A stretch of 63,518 bases of DNA, the filler included. It is 5 parts of 5 records of this genome, joined end to end, with 100 filler letters (N's around TTAATTAATTAA, not from the genome) between each part and the next. Parts side by side here need not be neighbours in the genome. Positions count along the whole stretch, not along the records: positions 45,804 to 55,240 come from DRR723986_8721; positions 55,341 to 63,518 come from DRR723986_8724; 3 more parts are not named here. One strand, 5' to 3'. Positions 47,924-57,562 of the stretch are shown piece after piece; within the stretch, counting starts at the first letter, position 1, and each line of letters begins with the position of its first letter. The translations under genes and the position numbers were made by a program. The notes beneath the pieces are model-generated. The model searched no databases, was not told where the DNA came from, and worked only from the letters and a program-made list of their open reading frames with translations.

Positions 47924-48846
47924 TGATTATTGATCCAGTCACACTGATCGTTGCGCTGATCACCGTTTCCACCCCCGTGCTGCTGGCCGCAATCGGAGAG
48001 CTTGTGGTCGAAAAGACCGGCGTTCTGAACCTTGGTGTCGAGGGCATGATGATCACCGGGGCTGTCATGGGCTTCGTGGTGGCCGTCAATACCGGCTCGC
48101 CGACGCTCGGCTTTCTTGCCGGGATGGCCAGCGGCGTTGCGCTGTCCCTGATCTTCGGGGTTCTGACCCAGATGCTGCTGTCCAACCAGGTGGCCACGGG
48201 GCTTGCGCTGACGTTGTTCGGGCTTGGCCTGTCGGCCCTGCTGGGTGTCGGCTATCCCGGATCGACCCCGCCGGTGGTGGCCGACCCGTTCCCGGCCGCC
48301 ATGGCTGAAATCCCGGTCATCGGGCCGATCCTGTTTGGCCATTCCATGATCACCTACCTGTCGGTCCTGCTGGTGGCCGGGGTCTGGTATGTCCTGGGCT
48401 ATACAAAGATGGGCCTGATCATCCGCGCCGTCGGCGAAAACCACGATGCCGCCCATGCTCTCGGCTACAAGGTGATCCGCATCCGCCTGATGGCGATCAT
48501 GTTCGGAGGCGCCTGCGCGGGTCTCGGGGGCGCGTTCCTGTCTGTCGTTCGGGTGCAGAACTGGGTCGACGGGATGACTGCAGGCGCGGGTTGGATCGCG
48601 CTGGCGCTGGTCGTCTTCGCCAGTTGGAAACCATGGCGCGCGCTGCTTGGCGCCTATCTGTTTGGCGGCGTAACCGCCCTGCAACTCCGCCTTCAGGCAG
48701 CGGGCATAAACATCCCGGTCGAGATCCTCGCCATGTCGCCCTACGTCATCACGATTGTCGTGCTGGTTATCATGTCCTCGGATAAGAGCCGTGCCGCATT
48801 GAATGCGCCCGCCGCTCTTGGCAAGGTGTTCCATGCAACCAGCTAG
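47923..48846 (+). CDS. ABC transporter permease
   Basis: EKTGVLNLGVEGMM, RAVGEN, AGAGWIALALVVF, APAALG; TAATG overlap. Confidence 0.92.
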   Translation: MIIDPVTLIVALITVSTPVLLAAIGELVVEKTGVLNLGVEGMMITGAVMGFVVAVNTGSPTLGFLAGMASGVALSLIFGVLTQMLLSNQVATGLALTLFGLGLSALLGVGYPGSTPPVVADPFPAAMAEIPVIGPILFGHSMITYLSVLLVAGVWYVLGYTKMGLIIRAVGENHDAAHALGYKVIRIRLMAIMFGGACAGLGGAFLSVVRVQNWVDGMTAGAGWIALALVVFASWKPWRALLGAYLFGGVTALQLRLQAAGINIPVEILAMSPYVITIVVLVIMSSDKSRAALNAPAALGKVFHATS

Positions 48847-48854
48847 GAGGCGAC

Positions 48855-49616
48855 ATGACTCGCAGCGAGATTCTGCAGGCGCTGGATGGCACGCATCCGA
48901 CGATCGGGCGTGGCATCGCTATCACCCTGCAAGTGCTGATCATCGTCTCGGCGGTCGCCATTGCGCTGGAAACGGTTCAAAGCCTGCCGCCCAATGCGCG
49001 GCAGGTGCTGGTCGTGGTGGAATATTCGGTTCTGGCGATCTTCACCGTGGAATACCTGCTGCGGCTGGCCTGTTCCCCCAAGCCGTGGCGCTACGCGGTC
49101 AGTTTCTGGGGAATCGTGGATTTCCTATCGATCGTTCCTGCGATCCTCTTCCTGATGCCCGACGCGCAGTCGATCCGGTCGCTCCGGCTGTTGCGGCTGA
49201 TCCGTCTGCTGAAGCTCTTTCATGCCAGCCATGCGCTGGACCGGCTGGCCCGCGCCTTTCAGAAAAACCGGGACGAGTTGTGGATTTTCAGCTTCATCGC
49301 CCTCGTCGTGCTGTATCTGTCAGCCGTGGGCATCTACCATTTCGAGCATCAGGCGCAGCCCGAAACCTTCGGCTCGATTCCCGCCTGCCTTTGGTGGTCG
49401 CTGGCAACGCTGACCACAGTGGGCTATGGCGATGTCTATCCCATCACGCTGGCGGGGCGGGCCTTTACCGGCATCGTGCTGCTGGTCGGGCTTGGGGTGA
49501 TCGCGGTGCCCGCCGGTCTGATCACCAGTGCCCTTCTGGAGGGCGATCTTGAAGATCCGATAACGGATCTCGACCTGGAAACAGAATACGACACAAACAC
49601 CAACAAGGAGACCTGA
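48855..49616 (+). CDS. Voltage-gated-type potassium channel (ion transporter)
   Basis: S4-like RSLRLLRLIRLLK; pore helix WWSLATLT with TVGYGD filter. Confidence 0.92.
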   Translation: MTRSEILQALDGTHPTIGRGIAITLQVLIIVSAVAIALETVQSLPPNARQVLVVVEYSVLAIFTVEYLLRLACSPKPWRYAVSFWGIVDFLSIVPAILFLMPDAQSIRSLRLLRLIRLLKLFHASHALDRLARAFQKNRDELWIFSFIALVVLYLSAVGIYHFEHQAQPETFGSIPACLWWSLATLTTVGYGDVYPITLAGRAFTGIVLLVGLGVIAVPAGLITSALLEGDLEDPITDLDLETEYDTNTNKET

Positions 49617-49618
49617 TA

Positions 49619-50698
49619 ATGAAAACATTCACCAAACTGATGGCCGTCAGCGCGATGGCGCTCGGCCTTGCCGCCCCGGCAACGGCGCAGGACGACCCGC
49701 TTCAGGTCGGCTTTGTCTATGTCGGCTCCGTTGGCGATCTCGGATGGACCTACGAACATGACCGCGCGCGCCTTGCCGTCGAGGAACATTTCGGCGATGC
49801 GGTCGAGACAACCTATGTGGAAAACGTGCCGGAAGGCGCGGATGCAGAACGGGTGCTGACCCAGATGGCGCTGTCGGGTGCCGACCTGATCTTCACCACG
49901 TCCTTCGGCTACATGGACCCGACCAATGCCGTGGCAGAGCGTTTCCCGAACGTGCGCTTCGAACATGCCACCGGCTATCGCCGTGACCACCCGAACGTGT
50001 CCACCTATTCGGCCCGCTTCTATGAAGGCCGCGCCGTAATGGGCCATATCGCCGGTCACATGACCGAATCGAACATCGTCGGCTACATCGCGTCCTTCCC
50101 GATCCCGGAAGTGATCCGCGGCATCAACTCCGCCTTCATCCACGCGCACGAAGTGAACCCTGACGTCGAGTTCCGCGTTGTCTGGGCCTATACCTGGTTC
50201 GACCCGGCAGTCGAGGCAGAAGCCGCGCAGGCGCTGATCGACCAGGGCGCCGACGTGATCATGCAGCACACCGATTCCACTGCGCCGATGACGGTGCTGG
50301 CAGAAGCGGGGGCCATCGGCTTTGGCCAGGCGTCTGACATGTACCAGTTCGCGCCCGCACCGCGCGTCTCGGCCATCATCGACGATTGGGCCCCCTACTA
50401 TATCGCCCGCACCCAGGCTGTCATGGACGGCACCTGGGAAAGCACCGACACCTGGGACGGCATCGGTCCGGGCATGGTCGGCATCGGTGAAATGACCGAC
50501 GCGATCCCGGCAGAGGTCCGCGCCTCTGCTCAGGCCATGGTCGAAGCCATCGCTTCCGGCGACTACCACCCCTTCACCGGCCCGCTGAACCGTCAGGACG
50601 GCTCGGCCTGGCTGGCAGAGGGCGAAGTGGCCGATGACGGCACGCTGGCTGGCATGAACTTCTACGTCGAAGGCATCACTGGCGACGTGCCGAACTGA
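49619..50698 (+). CDS. BMP-family ABC substrate-binding protein (purine/nucleoside)
   Basis: Signal peptide; GFVYVGSVGDLGWTYEH, TTSFGY, PIPEVIRGIN, WFDP, QHTDS. Confidence 0.93.
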   Translation: MKTFTKLMAVSAMALGLAAPATAQDDPLQVGFVYVGSVGDLGWTYEHDRARLAVEEHFGDAVETTYVENVPEGADAERVLTQMALSGADLIFTTSFGYMDPTNAVAERFPNVRFEHATGYRRDHPNVSTYSARFYEGRAVMGHIAGHMTESNIVGYIASFPIPEVIRGINSAFIHAHEVNPDVEFRVVWAYTWFDPAVEAEAAQALIDQGADVIMQHTDSTAPMTVLAEAGAIGFGQASDMYQFAPAPRVSAIIDDWAPYYIARTQAVMDGTWESTDTWDGIGPGMVGIGEMTDAIPAEVRASAQAMVEAIASGDYHPFTGPLNRQDGSAWLAEGEVADDGTLAGMNFYVEGITGDVPN

Positions 50699-50720
50699 TC
50701 CCAGTTCCGCAAGACACACG

Positions 50721-50750
50721 AAAGGCCCGCCCCAACCGGCGGGCCTTTTT
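50721..50750 (+). terminator. Rho-independent terminator
   Basis: AAAGGCCCGCC...GGCGGGCCTTTTT. Confidence 0.85.
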
Positions 50751-50756
50751 CGTGGA

Positions 50757-51521
50757 TTAGGGGCGATGCCGAATGAAGGGTGAATGGCTGGGGCTGTCCG
50801 GCTTCAAACGCCCCTCTGCATCAAAGTCGTCATCGCGATTGAACGCCACAACAGGCCGCGTTCCAAGCCCCGCCAGCAGATCTTGCTGCCCGTCCAGAAC
50901 CGCCCCGAGCCGCGCCCGCAGCGCCTGATCCTCCGCGCCTTCGAAATAGCCATGCACCCCGTTCGCCACTTCCGGCTGAAGCACGGCAAACCCCAGATAG
51001 CGCAGCGTCTGCGCCACGGGCCATAGCAAAAGGTGGATATCGCCCTCTTTGCCGTCAGGCCCGCATTCCGCCGCGCTGGCCCCGGTTGTCACACAGAACA
51101 GCGCCCGCCTGCCCCGGAACAATCCCGCGTCAAAGCGCTGATCGACCGTATGCAATTGCCCATGCAGCAACACCCGGTCGAACCAGCCCTTCAGAACCGC
51201 AGGCGGCGCGAACCACCAGATCGGGAAATGGAAGATCACCAGATCGGCGCGCCGCAGCTTATCCATCTCTGCCGCCACATCGGCGGGGATCGCCCCGGCC
51301 TCGGCGGCCTCTTCCTGCGCTTTCAGCGGGTCGAACATGCGTCCCGCCGCATAACCCGGAAAATGCGCCCGCGCTTCAACCGCATCGAACCCCATGGCAC
51401 ACAGATCGCTTTTAAGCACCTCATGACCCAAAGCCCGGCAGGCGGTCGCGCTGGCCTCGGCCCAGGCCCCGTTGAACGATCCCGGATCGGGATGCGCCAG
51501 AATGATCAAACTGGTGGTCAT
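50757..51521 (-). CDS. NAD(P)H dehydrogenase (quinone), flavodoxin-2 family
   Basis: AHPDPGSFN, FHFPIWWFAPPAVLKGWFDRV, VTTG. Confidence 0.9.
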   Translation of the reverse strand: MTTSLIILAHPDPGSFNGAWAEASATACRALGHEVLKSDLCAMGFDAVEARAHFPGYAAGRMFDPLKAQEEAAEAGAIPADVAAEMDKLRRADLVIFHFPIWWFAPPAVLKGWFDRVLLHGQLHTVDQRFDAGLFRGRRALFCVTTGASAAECGPDGKEGDIHLLLWPVAQTLRYLGFAVLQPEVANGVHGYFEGAEDQALRARLGAVLDGQQDLLAGLGTRPVVAFNRDDDFDAEGRLKPDSPSHSPFIRHRP

Positions 51522-51636
51522 GGCCTGCCCCTGACAATCGTGGTTTCCCTAAAACCTAGCGTGCCGCGCACGTAGAGGACAGCCCTGCCGCATCCGCCCT
51601 CTTGCCTGCCGTCTCGCGCCATGCCACCCATGCGCC

Positions 51637-52719
51637 ATGACACATGATTTCCTCATCATCGGCGGCGGCATCGCCGGAACATCGGCGGGCGCACGCCTGT
51701 CACATCTTGGCTCCACCCTGTTGCTGGAGGCTGAAACCAGCCTCGCCTACCACGCCTCTGGCCGCTCTGCCGCGCTTTTCGAGGCGCAATACGGGCTGCC
51801 TGCCACGGTTCAACTGAACCTTGCCTCCCGCGACTATCACATGACCGCCAATGGCGGCGTGCTCAGCCCCCGTGGTCTCATGTTCCTTGCCGGTCCGGGC
51901 GAAGAGGACACGCTGACCCATGATATCGACGATATGGGCCTGCACCCGATCAGCATAGACGAGGCCATGGCGCTGGTTCCGGCGCTCAACCGCGATCATC
52001 TGCGCGGCGCTGCCCATCATGACGAAGCCTGGGATCTGGATACCGATCTGCTGATCAGCAATTTCGTCAAGGAAATGCGCGGCAATGGCGGAACGGTGAA
52101 AACCGGCCAGCGCGTCGATGCGATTTCGCGCGCGGGCGGTCTGTGGCAGGTCAGCGCCGGGGGCGAAACCTATTCCGCACGGCAACTGGTCAACGCCGCC
52201 GGGGCCTGGGTCGATATCATCGCCAAGATGGCCGGGATCACCCCCATCGGCATCACCCCCCTGCGCCGGTCGATGGCGCGGATGCCGGCGCCGGGGGGCT
52301 TTGACCCATCGGGTTGGCCGATGCTGATCGGCGCAGGCGAAACATGGTACGCCAAGCCAGATGCGGGCAAGTGGATCGTCTCGCCCGCCGAACAGGATCC
52401 GGTCGACGAACCCCACGATGCCTGGGCCGATGACATGGTGCTGGCCGAGGGCATTGCCCGCTATCAGCCCTTCGTGACCGAGGAAGTGACCCGCGTGGAA
52501 ACCACCTGGGCGGGGCTGCGCAGCTTCGCCCCCGACCGGACGCTGGTTCTGGGCCGCGACCTGCGCGAACCCGATTTCATCTGGTGCGCGGGACAGGGCG
52601 GTTACGGTTTCCAGACGGCACCGGCCGCCAGCCAGTTGCTGGCCGATGTGGTCGCAGGCCGCACGCCGGAACTGGACGCCGCCACCGTCGCGGCACTCAG
52701 CCCCGCGCGGTTCGGATGA
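51637..52719 (+). CDS. FAD-dependent oxidoreductase (DAO family)
   Basis: IIGGGIAG, HASGRSAA, VNAAGAW, WAGLRSFAPD, GQGGYG. Confidence 0.9.
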   Translation: MTHDFLIIGGGIAGTSAGARLSHLGSTLLLEAETSLAYHASGRSAALFEAQYGLPATVQLNLASRDYHMTANGGVLSPRGLMFLAGPGEEDTLTHDIDDMGLHPISIDEAMALVPALNRDHLRGAAHHDEAWDLDTDLLISNFVKEMRGNGGTVKTGQRVDAISRAGGLWQVSAGGETYSARQLVNAAGAWVDIIAKMAGITPIGITPLRRSMARMPAPGGFDPSGWPMLIGAGETWYAKPDAGKWIVSPAEQDPVDEPHDAWADDMVLAEGIARYQPFVTEEVTRVETTWAGLRSFAPDRTLVLGRDLREPDFIWCAGQGGYGFQTAPAASQLLADVVAGRTPELDAATVAALSPARFG

Positions 52720-53354
52720 CCCGCAAGCTCGACCTGCCCGAAGCCCCTGTATCGGGCGACGACCGGCGCATGTTCGCCCCGTCCGCCCGGCGCAACATGG
52801 CCCCCATTCTCGAGGTGCTGCGCGCCCATGCCCCCACGACGGGCCGAGTGCTGGAAATCGCTGCGGGCACTGGCGAACATGCGGTGGCCTTCTCCCGCGC
52901 CTTTCCGGGGCTCGACTGGCAACCCACGGATGTGGACCCGGACCGTCTGGCCTCGATCGAGGCGTGGCGGCAGACGGACGGCCCCGCCAACCTGCGCGCG
53001 CCCGTCGAACTGAACGCGGCCCTGCCCGGCTGGCACCAAACCCACGGCCCCGCCGACATGATCCTGCTGGTGAACCTTCTGCACCTGATCTCGGACGCGA
53101 AGGCCGAGGCCGTCCTGTCCGGCATCACCCAGGCCCTTACCCCCGGCGGCACGGCGTTTCTCTATGGTCCCTTCCTGCGCGAGGGGAAGACCACCAGCGA
53201 CGGCGACGCAGGGTTCCACGCAAGCTTGCAAGCGCAGGATCCGACCATCGGCTACAAGGATATCGCGTGGGTCTGCGGGCAACTGGACCCGCTGCCAGTG
53301 ACCATCACCGAGATGCCCTCCAACAACCTGATGGTAATTGTCAGCGCCAATTGA
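52716..53354 (+). CDS. DUF938-family SAM-dependent methyltransferase
   Basis: APSARRN..PI, LEIAAGTGEH, WQPTD, LYGPF, MPSNN; ATGA overlap. Confidence 0.88.
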   Translation: MTRKLDLPEAPVSGDDRRMFAPSARRNMAPILEVLRAHAPTTGRVLEIAAGTGEHAVAFSRAFPGLDWQPTDVDPDRLASIEAWRQTDGPANLRAPVELNAALPGWHQTHGPADMILLVNLLHLISDAKAEAVLSGITQALTPGGTAFLYGPFLREGKTTSDGDAGFHASLQAQDPTIGYKDIAWVCGQLDPLPVTITEMPSNNLMVIVSAN

Positions 53355-53419
53355 TCCCGGTCAAGGCGAAGCCCCTACCGACCTGCTCTGACAGGCCGAA
53401 CACAATGTAGGAGCCCCCC

Positions 53420-53779
53420 ATGAGCTGGATGGATAAACGCGACGAGATGCACGGCCAGTTGCGCAAGTTGAACAAGGCAATCCCCGAGGTCACCAAGGCC
53501 TTTGCAGGGGTAAGCGCCGTGGTGAAGACCGACGGTGCGCTGGACGTGAAGACCAAGGAATTGATCGCCGTTGCCATCGCAGTCGCCGACAGTTGCGAGC
53601 CGTGCATGAACTTCCATATCGAAGTACTGATCCGCGCCGGCGGCACCCGCGAGGAACTGGGCGAGGCGCTTGGCATGGCGGTGCAGATGGGCGGCGGCCC
53701 GGCGTTGATGTATGCCGCCAAGGCGATGGATGCCTATGATGAACTGCACGCGGCCCTGTCGCCCAAGGCGGCTGAATAG
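53420..53779 (+). CDS. Carboxymuconolactone decarboxylase/AhpD-family protein
   Basis: GALDVKTKELIA.AIA...CEPC..FH, MGGGP. Confidence 0.88.
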   Translation: MSWMDKRDEMHGQLRKLNKAIPEVTKAFAGVSAVVKTDGALDVKTKELIAVAIAVADSCEPCMNFHIEVLIRAGGTREELGEALGMAVQMGGGPALMYAAKAMDAYDELHAALSPKAAE

Positions 53780-53882
53780 CCTGTTCTCGCCGGTCCGGCA
53801 CGGCAATACCGAATCGGGTTTCCCCAACGGCCTGTCTGTGCTGACCTGACGGGGTCACGGGATTTGAACAAAGGGGATTTCC

Positions 53883-54485
53883 ATGTCGATCATGCGATTG
53901 TTGCAACAGGCCCAGGGCGGTCAGGGATTGGGGCAACTGGCCTCACAATTGGGGCTGGATGACGCGCAAGCCGAAAGCCTGACCTCGCTCTTGGCCCCCG
54001 CGATCGGATCAGCCGCCCGCCAGCGGGCGGAAAGCGGCGGGCTTGGCGATGTGCTCGGCCGGTTGCGCGGCGAAGATCAGGCGGGGCTTTTCGACGATGC
54101 CGAGGCGGCGGCCAGTTCGACCGGTCAGGCAGAGGGGCGCGATTTCCTGTCGGCGCTTTTGGGCGGACAGGAGGCCGCTGACGGGCTGGCAGAAGAGGCC
54201 GCCCAGCGATCCGGTGTGGACCGGGATCTTGTCGGCCAGTTCCTGCCGGCACTTGCCGCCATGGCACAGGGCGGGCTGCAACGGCAGATGCCGGACGACC
54301 AGATCGAAGCCGCCGAGCAAGAGGCGCAGGGCGGCGGGCTGGCCGGGGTGATCGGCGGGCTTCTGGGCGGCGGCGGCGGCGGTCGTGGTCAGGGCGGAGG
54401 GCTGGGGATGCTCAACCAGCTGCTGGATGCCGATGGCGACGGCTCGGCCATGGATGACGTTCTGGGCCGGTTCCTGCGCCGCTGA
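53883..54485 (+). CDS. DUF937-family protein
   Basis: LASQLGL..., FLPALA, C-terminal LDADGDGSAMDD. Confidence 0.75.
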   Translation: MSIMRLLQQAQGGQGLGQLASQLGLDDAQAESLTSLLAPAIGSAARQRAESGGLGDVLGRLRGEDQAGLFDDAEAAASSTGQAEGRDFLSALLGGQEAADGLAEEAAQRSGVDRDLVGQFLPALAAMAQGGLQRQMPDDQIEAAEQEAQGGGLAGVIGGLLGGGGGGRGQGGGLGMLNQLLDADGDGSAMDDVLGRFLRR

Positions 54486-54624
54486 CCGGTTCCACTGCTT
54501 AGCTTGCGCACGCAGCGCCTCCACGCGGCCCGGTCCGGGCCGCGTGAAATGCCCTTTTAAATGGCTTTGGACCGATCGACAGGGTTTGGCGGTTTTGCCC
54601 ACTCGGTAGAACAGAAATCCTGGT

Positions 54625-55053
54625 TCAGCCCAGCGCCAGCGCCAGACTTGACCCCGCACAGAGCCCCGCCAAGGGCACGCCATGCACCCGTTCGGCCCCC
54701 CGTGCGCCGAACAGATTGGCCAGCACACTCAGCCCGAAGATCACGACCAACCCCCAAAAGATCGGGCGCAACCAGACCTCGGGCAGAACCGGGCCGATGA
54801 TCGCACCGGACTGCGCCACCGCAACCCATGCCAACAGCGCCAGAAGCGCCGAGCCGGCGCTTGCGATCCTCAGAGGCATCGGCAACACGCGGGCTGCGCC
54901 GCCCCAGGCCAGCTGCCCAAGCGGCAGACCGGTGGCCAGCGCAATCTGAAAGACTGCCAGCCAGCCGAAGGACAAAAGTCCGATCATCACGCTCGTCGTC
55001 ACCGCCTCGCCTTTCGCCCTCAATGTCGTCCCCAAGTCTGACGCATCGCGCAC
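54625..55053 (-). CDS. Hypothetical membrane protein
   Basis: FQIALATGLPLG..AWGG...VLP..LRIAS; four TM helices. Confidence 0.7.
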   Translation of the reverse strand: MRDASDLGTTLRAKGEAVTTSVMIGLLSFGWLAVFQIALATGLPLGQLAWGGAARVLPMPLRIASAGSALLALLAWVAVAQSGAIIGPVLPEVWLRPIFWGLVVIFGLSVLANLFGARGAERVHGVPLAGLCAGSSLALALG

Positions 55054-55126
55054 CCGGTACGCAACCCGGCCCGACCAGCTGTGGGCGAGACCGATGCCAA
55101 ATCAGTCTCCATCCCGACCGGCACCG

Positions 55127-55155
55127 AAAAGGCCCGCCAGTCCAGCGGGCCTTTC
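55127..55155 (-). terminator. Terminator-like hairpin
   Basis: AAAAGGCCCGC...GCGGGCCTTTC. Confidence 0.6.
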
Positions 55156-55215
55156 AGAAGACTTGATCCGTGTCCGGGTCATTAACTCCGTGCGCCTCCC
55201 CTGCCCTGCATCTGC

Positions 55216-55240
55216 ACAGGGGGTGTACGGGGGGTGTACG
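55216..55240. repeat. GGGGGTGTAC short tandem repeat at contig end
   Basis: ACAGGGGGTGTAC-GGGGGGTGTACG; resembles intergenic repeats I recall from Rhodobacteraceae. Confidence 0.5.
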
Positions 55241-55340
55241 NNNNNNNNNNNNNNNNNNNNNNNNNNNNNNNNNNNNNNNNNNNNTTAATTAATTAANNNN
55301 NNNNNNNNNNNNNNNNNNNNNNNNNNNNNNNNNNNNNNNN
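55241..55340. other. Artificial contig linker
   Basis: N44-TTAATTAATTAA-N44. Confidence 0.99.
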
Positions 55341-56904
55341 CGCCGTCCACGTCCGCATCGGTCATGATGACAACTTTTTCATAGCGTAATGCATCGCTGT
55401 CATAATGTTCGCGGGTGCCACAGCCAAGCGCCATAATAAGGTCGCGAATTTCCATATTAGCCGCAATCTTGTCACGGGTTGCTGAGGCCACATTCAGAAT
55501 TTTACCGCGTATGGGCAATATTGCTTGGGTTTTGCGGTCACGGGCTTGTTTTGCCGAGCCGCCCGCACTGTCACCCTCAACAATGTATATTTCTGTACCT
55601 TCCGAGCCATCACTGGAACAATCTGTAAGCTTGCCGGGTAGGCGCAGCTTGCGTTTATTGACGGCGGTTTTGCGTTGAATGTCTTTTTCTTGCTTGCGCC
55701 TCAGGCGGTCTTCCAGTCGCTCAAGTGCCCATGTCAGCAAGCTGTTGGCGCGCTCGGGTTGGTCACCCAACCAATGGTCAAAGGCTTCGCGTATGGCGTT
55801 TTCCGTCAGGCGCTGTGCTTCTGCTGTCGAAAGCTTGTCTTTGGTTTGGCCTTGAAACTGTGGGTCCCGTATGAAAACTGACAACATTGTACAGGATGCT
55901 CCGCAAACGTCGTCAAGAATAAGACCGGCCGCTTTCTTGTTTCCTGCCAGTTCTGCATGTGCTTTCAGGCCACGTAGCATCGCGCTTCTAAGGCCAGTTT
56001 CATGCGTGCCACCTAGCGGCGTTGGTACTGTGTTACAGTAGCTATTTGAAAAGCCGTCTCCGAACTCTGGCCAATGGATTGCCCATTCCACACGGCCTTG
56101 TTCATCAGGAAATATGGCTTGGCCGGCAAACGGCGCTTCGGTAACGCAGGCGCGTTTCTTCATAGTGTCTGATAAATAGTCCGCGAGGCCGCCTGGGAAA
56201 TGCAGGGTAGCTTCACCAGGGGTCGCATCACCGTCTTTAATTAGGGCAGGGGCGCATTTAAAGCGTATCTCAACACCACGGAACAAATAGGCTTTAGATC
56301 GGGCTAACGCATATACACGGGCGGGCTTAAAACTAAGCTTTTTGCCGAAAATTTCATGATCGGGCAAAAAGGTCGCTTTTGTACCCCGACGATTTGCAAC
56401 TGAACCCATATCCTCCAGGGGGCCCATGGGTTTGCCGCGAGAGAAGCTTTGGCGGTACAACTTTTTGTCGCGTGCTACCTCAACGCTCAACCATTCTGAT
56501 AGGGCGTTTACAACTGAGACGCCCACGCCGTGCAAGCCACCAGAGGTGGCATAAGCGTCTGAACTGAATTTACCGCCGGAATGCAAGGTGGTGAGAATGA
56601 CTTCCAGCGCGGACTTTTTTGGGAATTTGGGGTGTGGGTCAACCGGAATACCGCGTCCATTGTCGCTAATGGAAAGTGACCCGTCCTCATGCATGGAAAC
56701 ATTAATGCGGCTGGCATGCCCAGCCACTGCTTCGTCCATGGAGTTGTCCAATACTTCGGCCACCAAATGATGTAGGGCGCGTTCATCGGTGCCACCGATA
56801 TACATGCCAGGTCGCTGGCGAACTGGCTCAAGGCCTTCCAGAACTTCGATATCTTTTGCGGAATAATCCGTTTTGGTTTGTGATACTTCAAACAGGTCGC
56901 TCAT
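55341..56904 (-). CDS. parE: DNA topoisomerase IV subunit B (3'-truncated)
   Basis: MSDLF...YSAKDIEVLEGLEPVR.RPGMYIGGTDERALHHL, GGLHGVG, EGDSAGGS, PIRGKILN, MTDADVDG. Confidence 0.93.
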
Positions 56905-56994
56905 TGCCCCACCTATGCTATTTGCGTTCAAGAGTTAGCTTTTGTTTTAAGTCGCGTCAAGCAAGAGCCTTTGATTTATAAGGCTTTTTAAAAA

Positions 56995-57042
56995 ATACTA
57001 TATGTTGTGTTGAAAAAGGGAGTTAATTCCTATATTTTGTGG
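56995..57042. promoter_or_regulatory. Tandem NrdR-box-like motifs
   Basis: ATACTATATGTTGTGT (56995) and TTCCTATATTTTGTGG (57027), 32 bp apart. Confidence 0.5.
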
Positions 57043-57135
57043 TTCAGCGTCTGGTTGAGTAAAGTACACGGTATGCAGTTAATCTTTGTAAAAGAGTAAC
57101 ATTTTACCCTGATACGGGGTCAGAAAGGGCAATTT

Positions 57136-57420
57136 ATGGCACAGTCTGTAGCAGCAAATTTATGGAGCCGCATGACACAGTCGTTTGTTGGTGGTACTGG
57201 CCATATTCAGCACCGTATTAAAAGCACATCGCCATCAGTTGGTGATCGTTACACCCAAACCACTGATGGTAGACCGGTGTGGATTGTGGAAAATGTGCTG
57301 AGCGTTGCTGCAAGTCGCTATCCACTTGTGAAATTAACAAGCGAAAAATACCCTGATATGTTGAAAATTGTATCTCTTTCAACATTAGCCGATCACGCTG
57401 AATTCACCCGGGCACATTAA
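57136..57420 (+). CDS. Small hypothetical protein
   Basis: 94-aa ORF with RBS-like GAAAGGG; fills the gap between parE and glnA. Confidence 0.65.
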   Translation: MAQSVAANLWSRMTQSFVGGTGHIQHRIKSTSPSVGDRYTQTTDGRPVWIVENVLSVAASRYPLVKLTSEKYPDMLKIVSLSTLADHAEFTRAH

Positions 57421-57504
57421 CACTATCGAATTAAACGCATGTTTTTCATAAACTAGCCGCATAGTCGAAGAGCGTTTCAGTTGTATAACTAAATATAGTG
57501 CAGC

Positions 57505-57532
57505 AAAAAGGCCGCCGATGAGGGCAGCCTTT
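57505..57532 (-). terminator. glnA terminator
   Basis: Minus strand AAAGGCTGCC...GGCGGCCTTTTT. Confidence 0.7.
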
Positions 57533-57562
57533 ACGTTTAATGCGTTTAGAGCGACTTGCTTA

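Noticed and set aside
46099-55166. Long antisense ORFs in contig 4 (e.g. 46742-47734, 47809-48834, 49436-50719)
   Set aside because: Antisense shadows of clearly identified ABC and oxidoreductase genes
27996-55340. Four identical TTAATTAATTAA repeats flanked by Ns
   Set aside because: Artificial concatenation linkers, not biological repeats; cross-linker gene neighbourhoods were ignored
55341-56904. gyrB as alternative call
   Set aside because: MSDLF N-terminus, LEPVR and GGTDERALHHL are alphaproteobacterial ParE features
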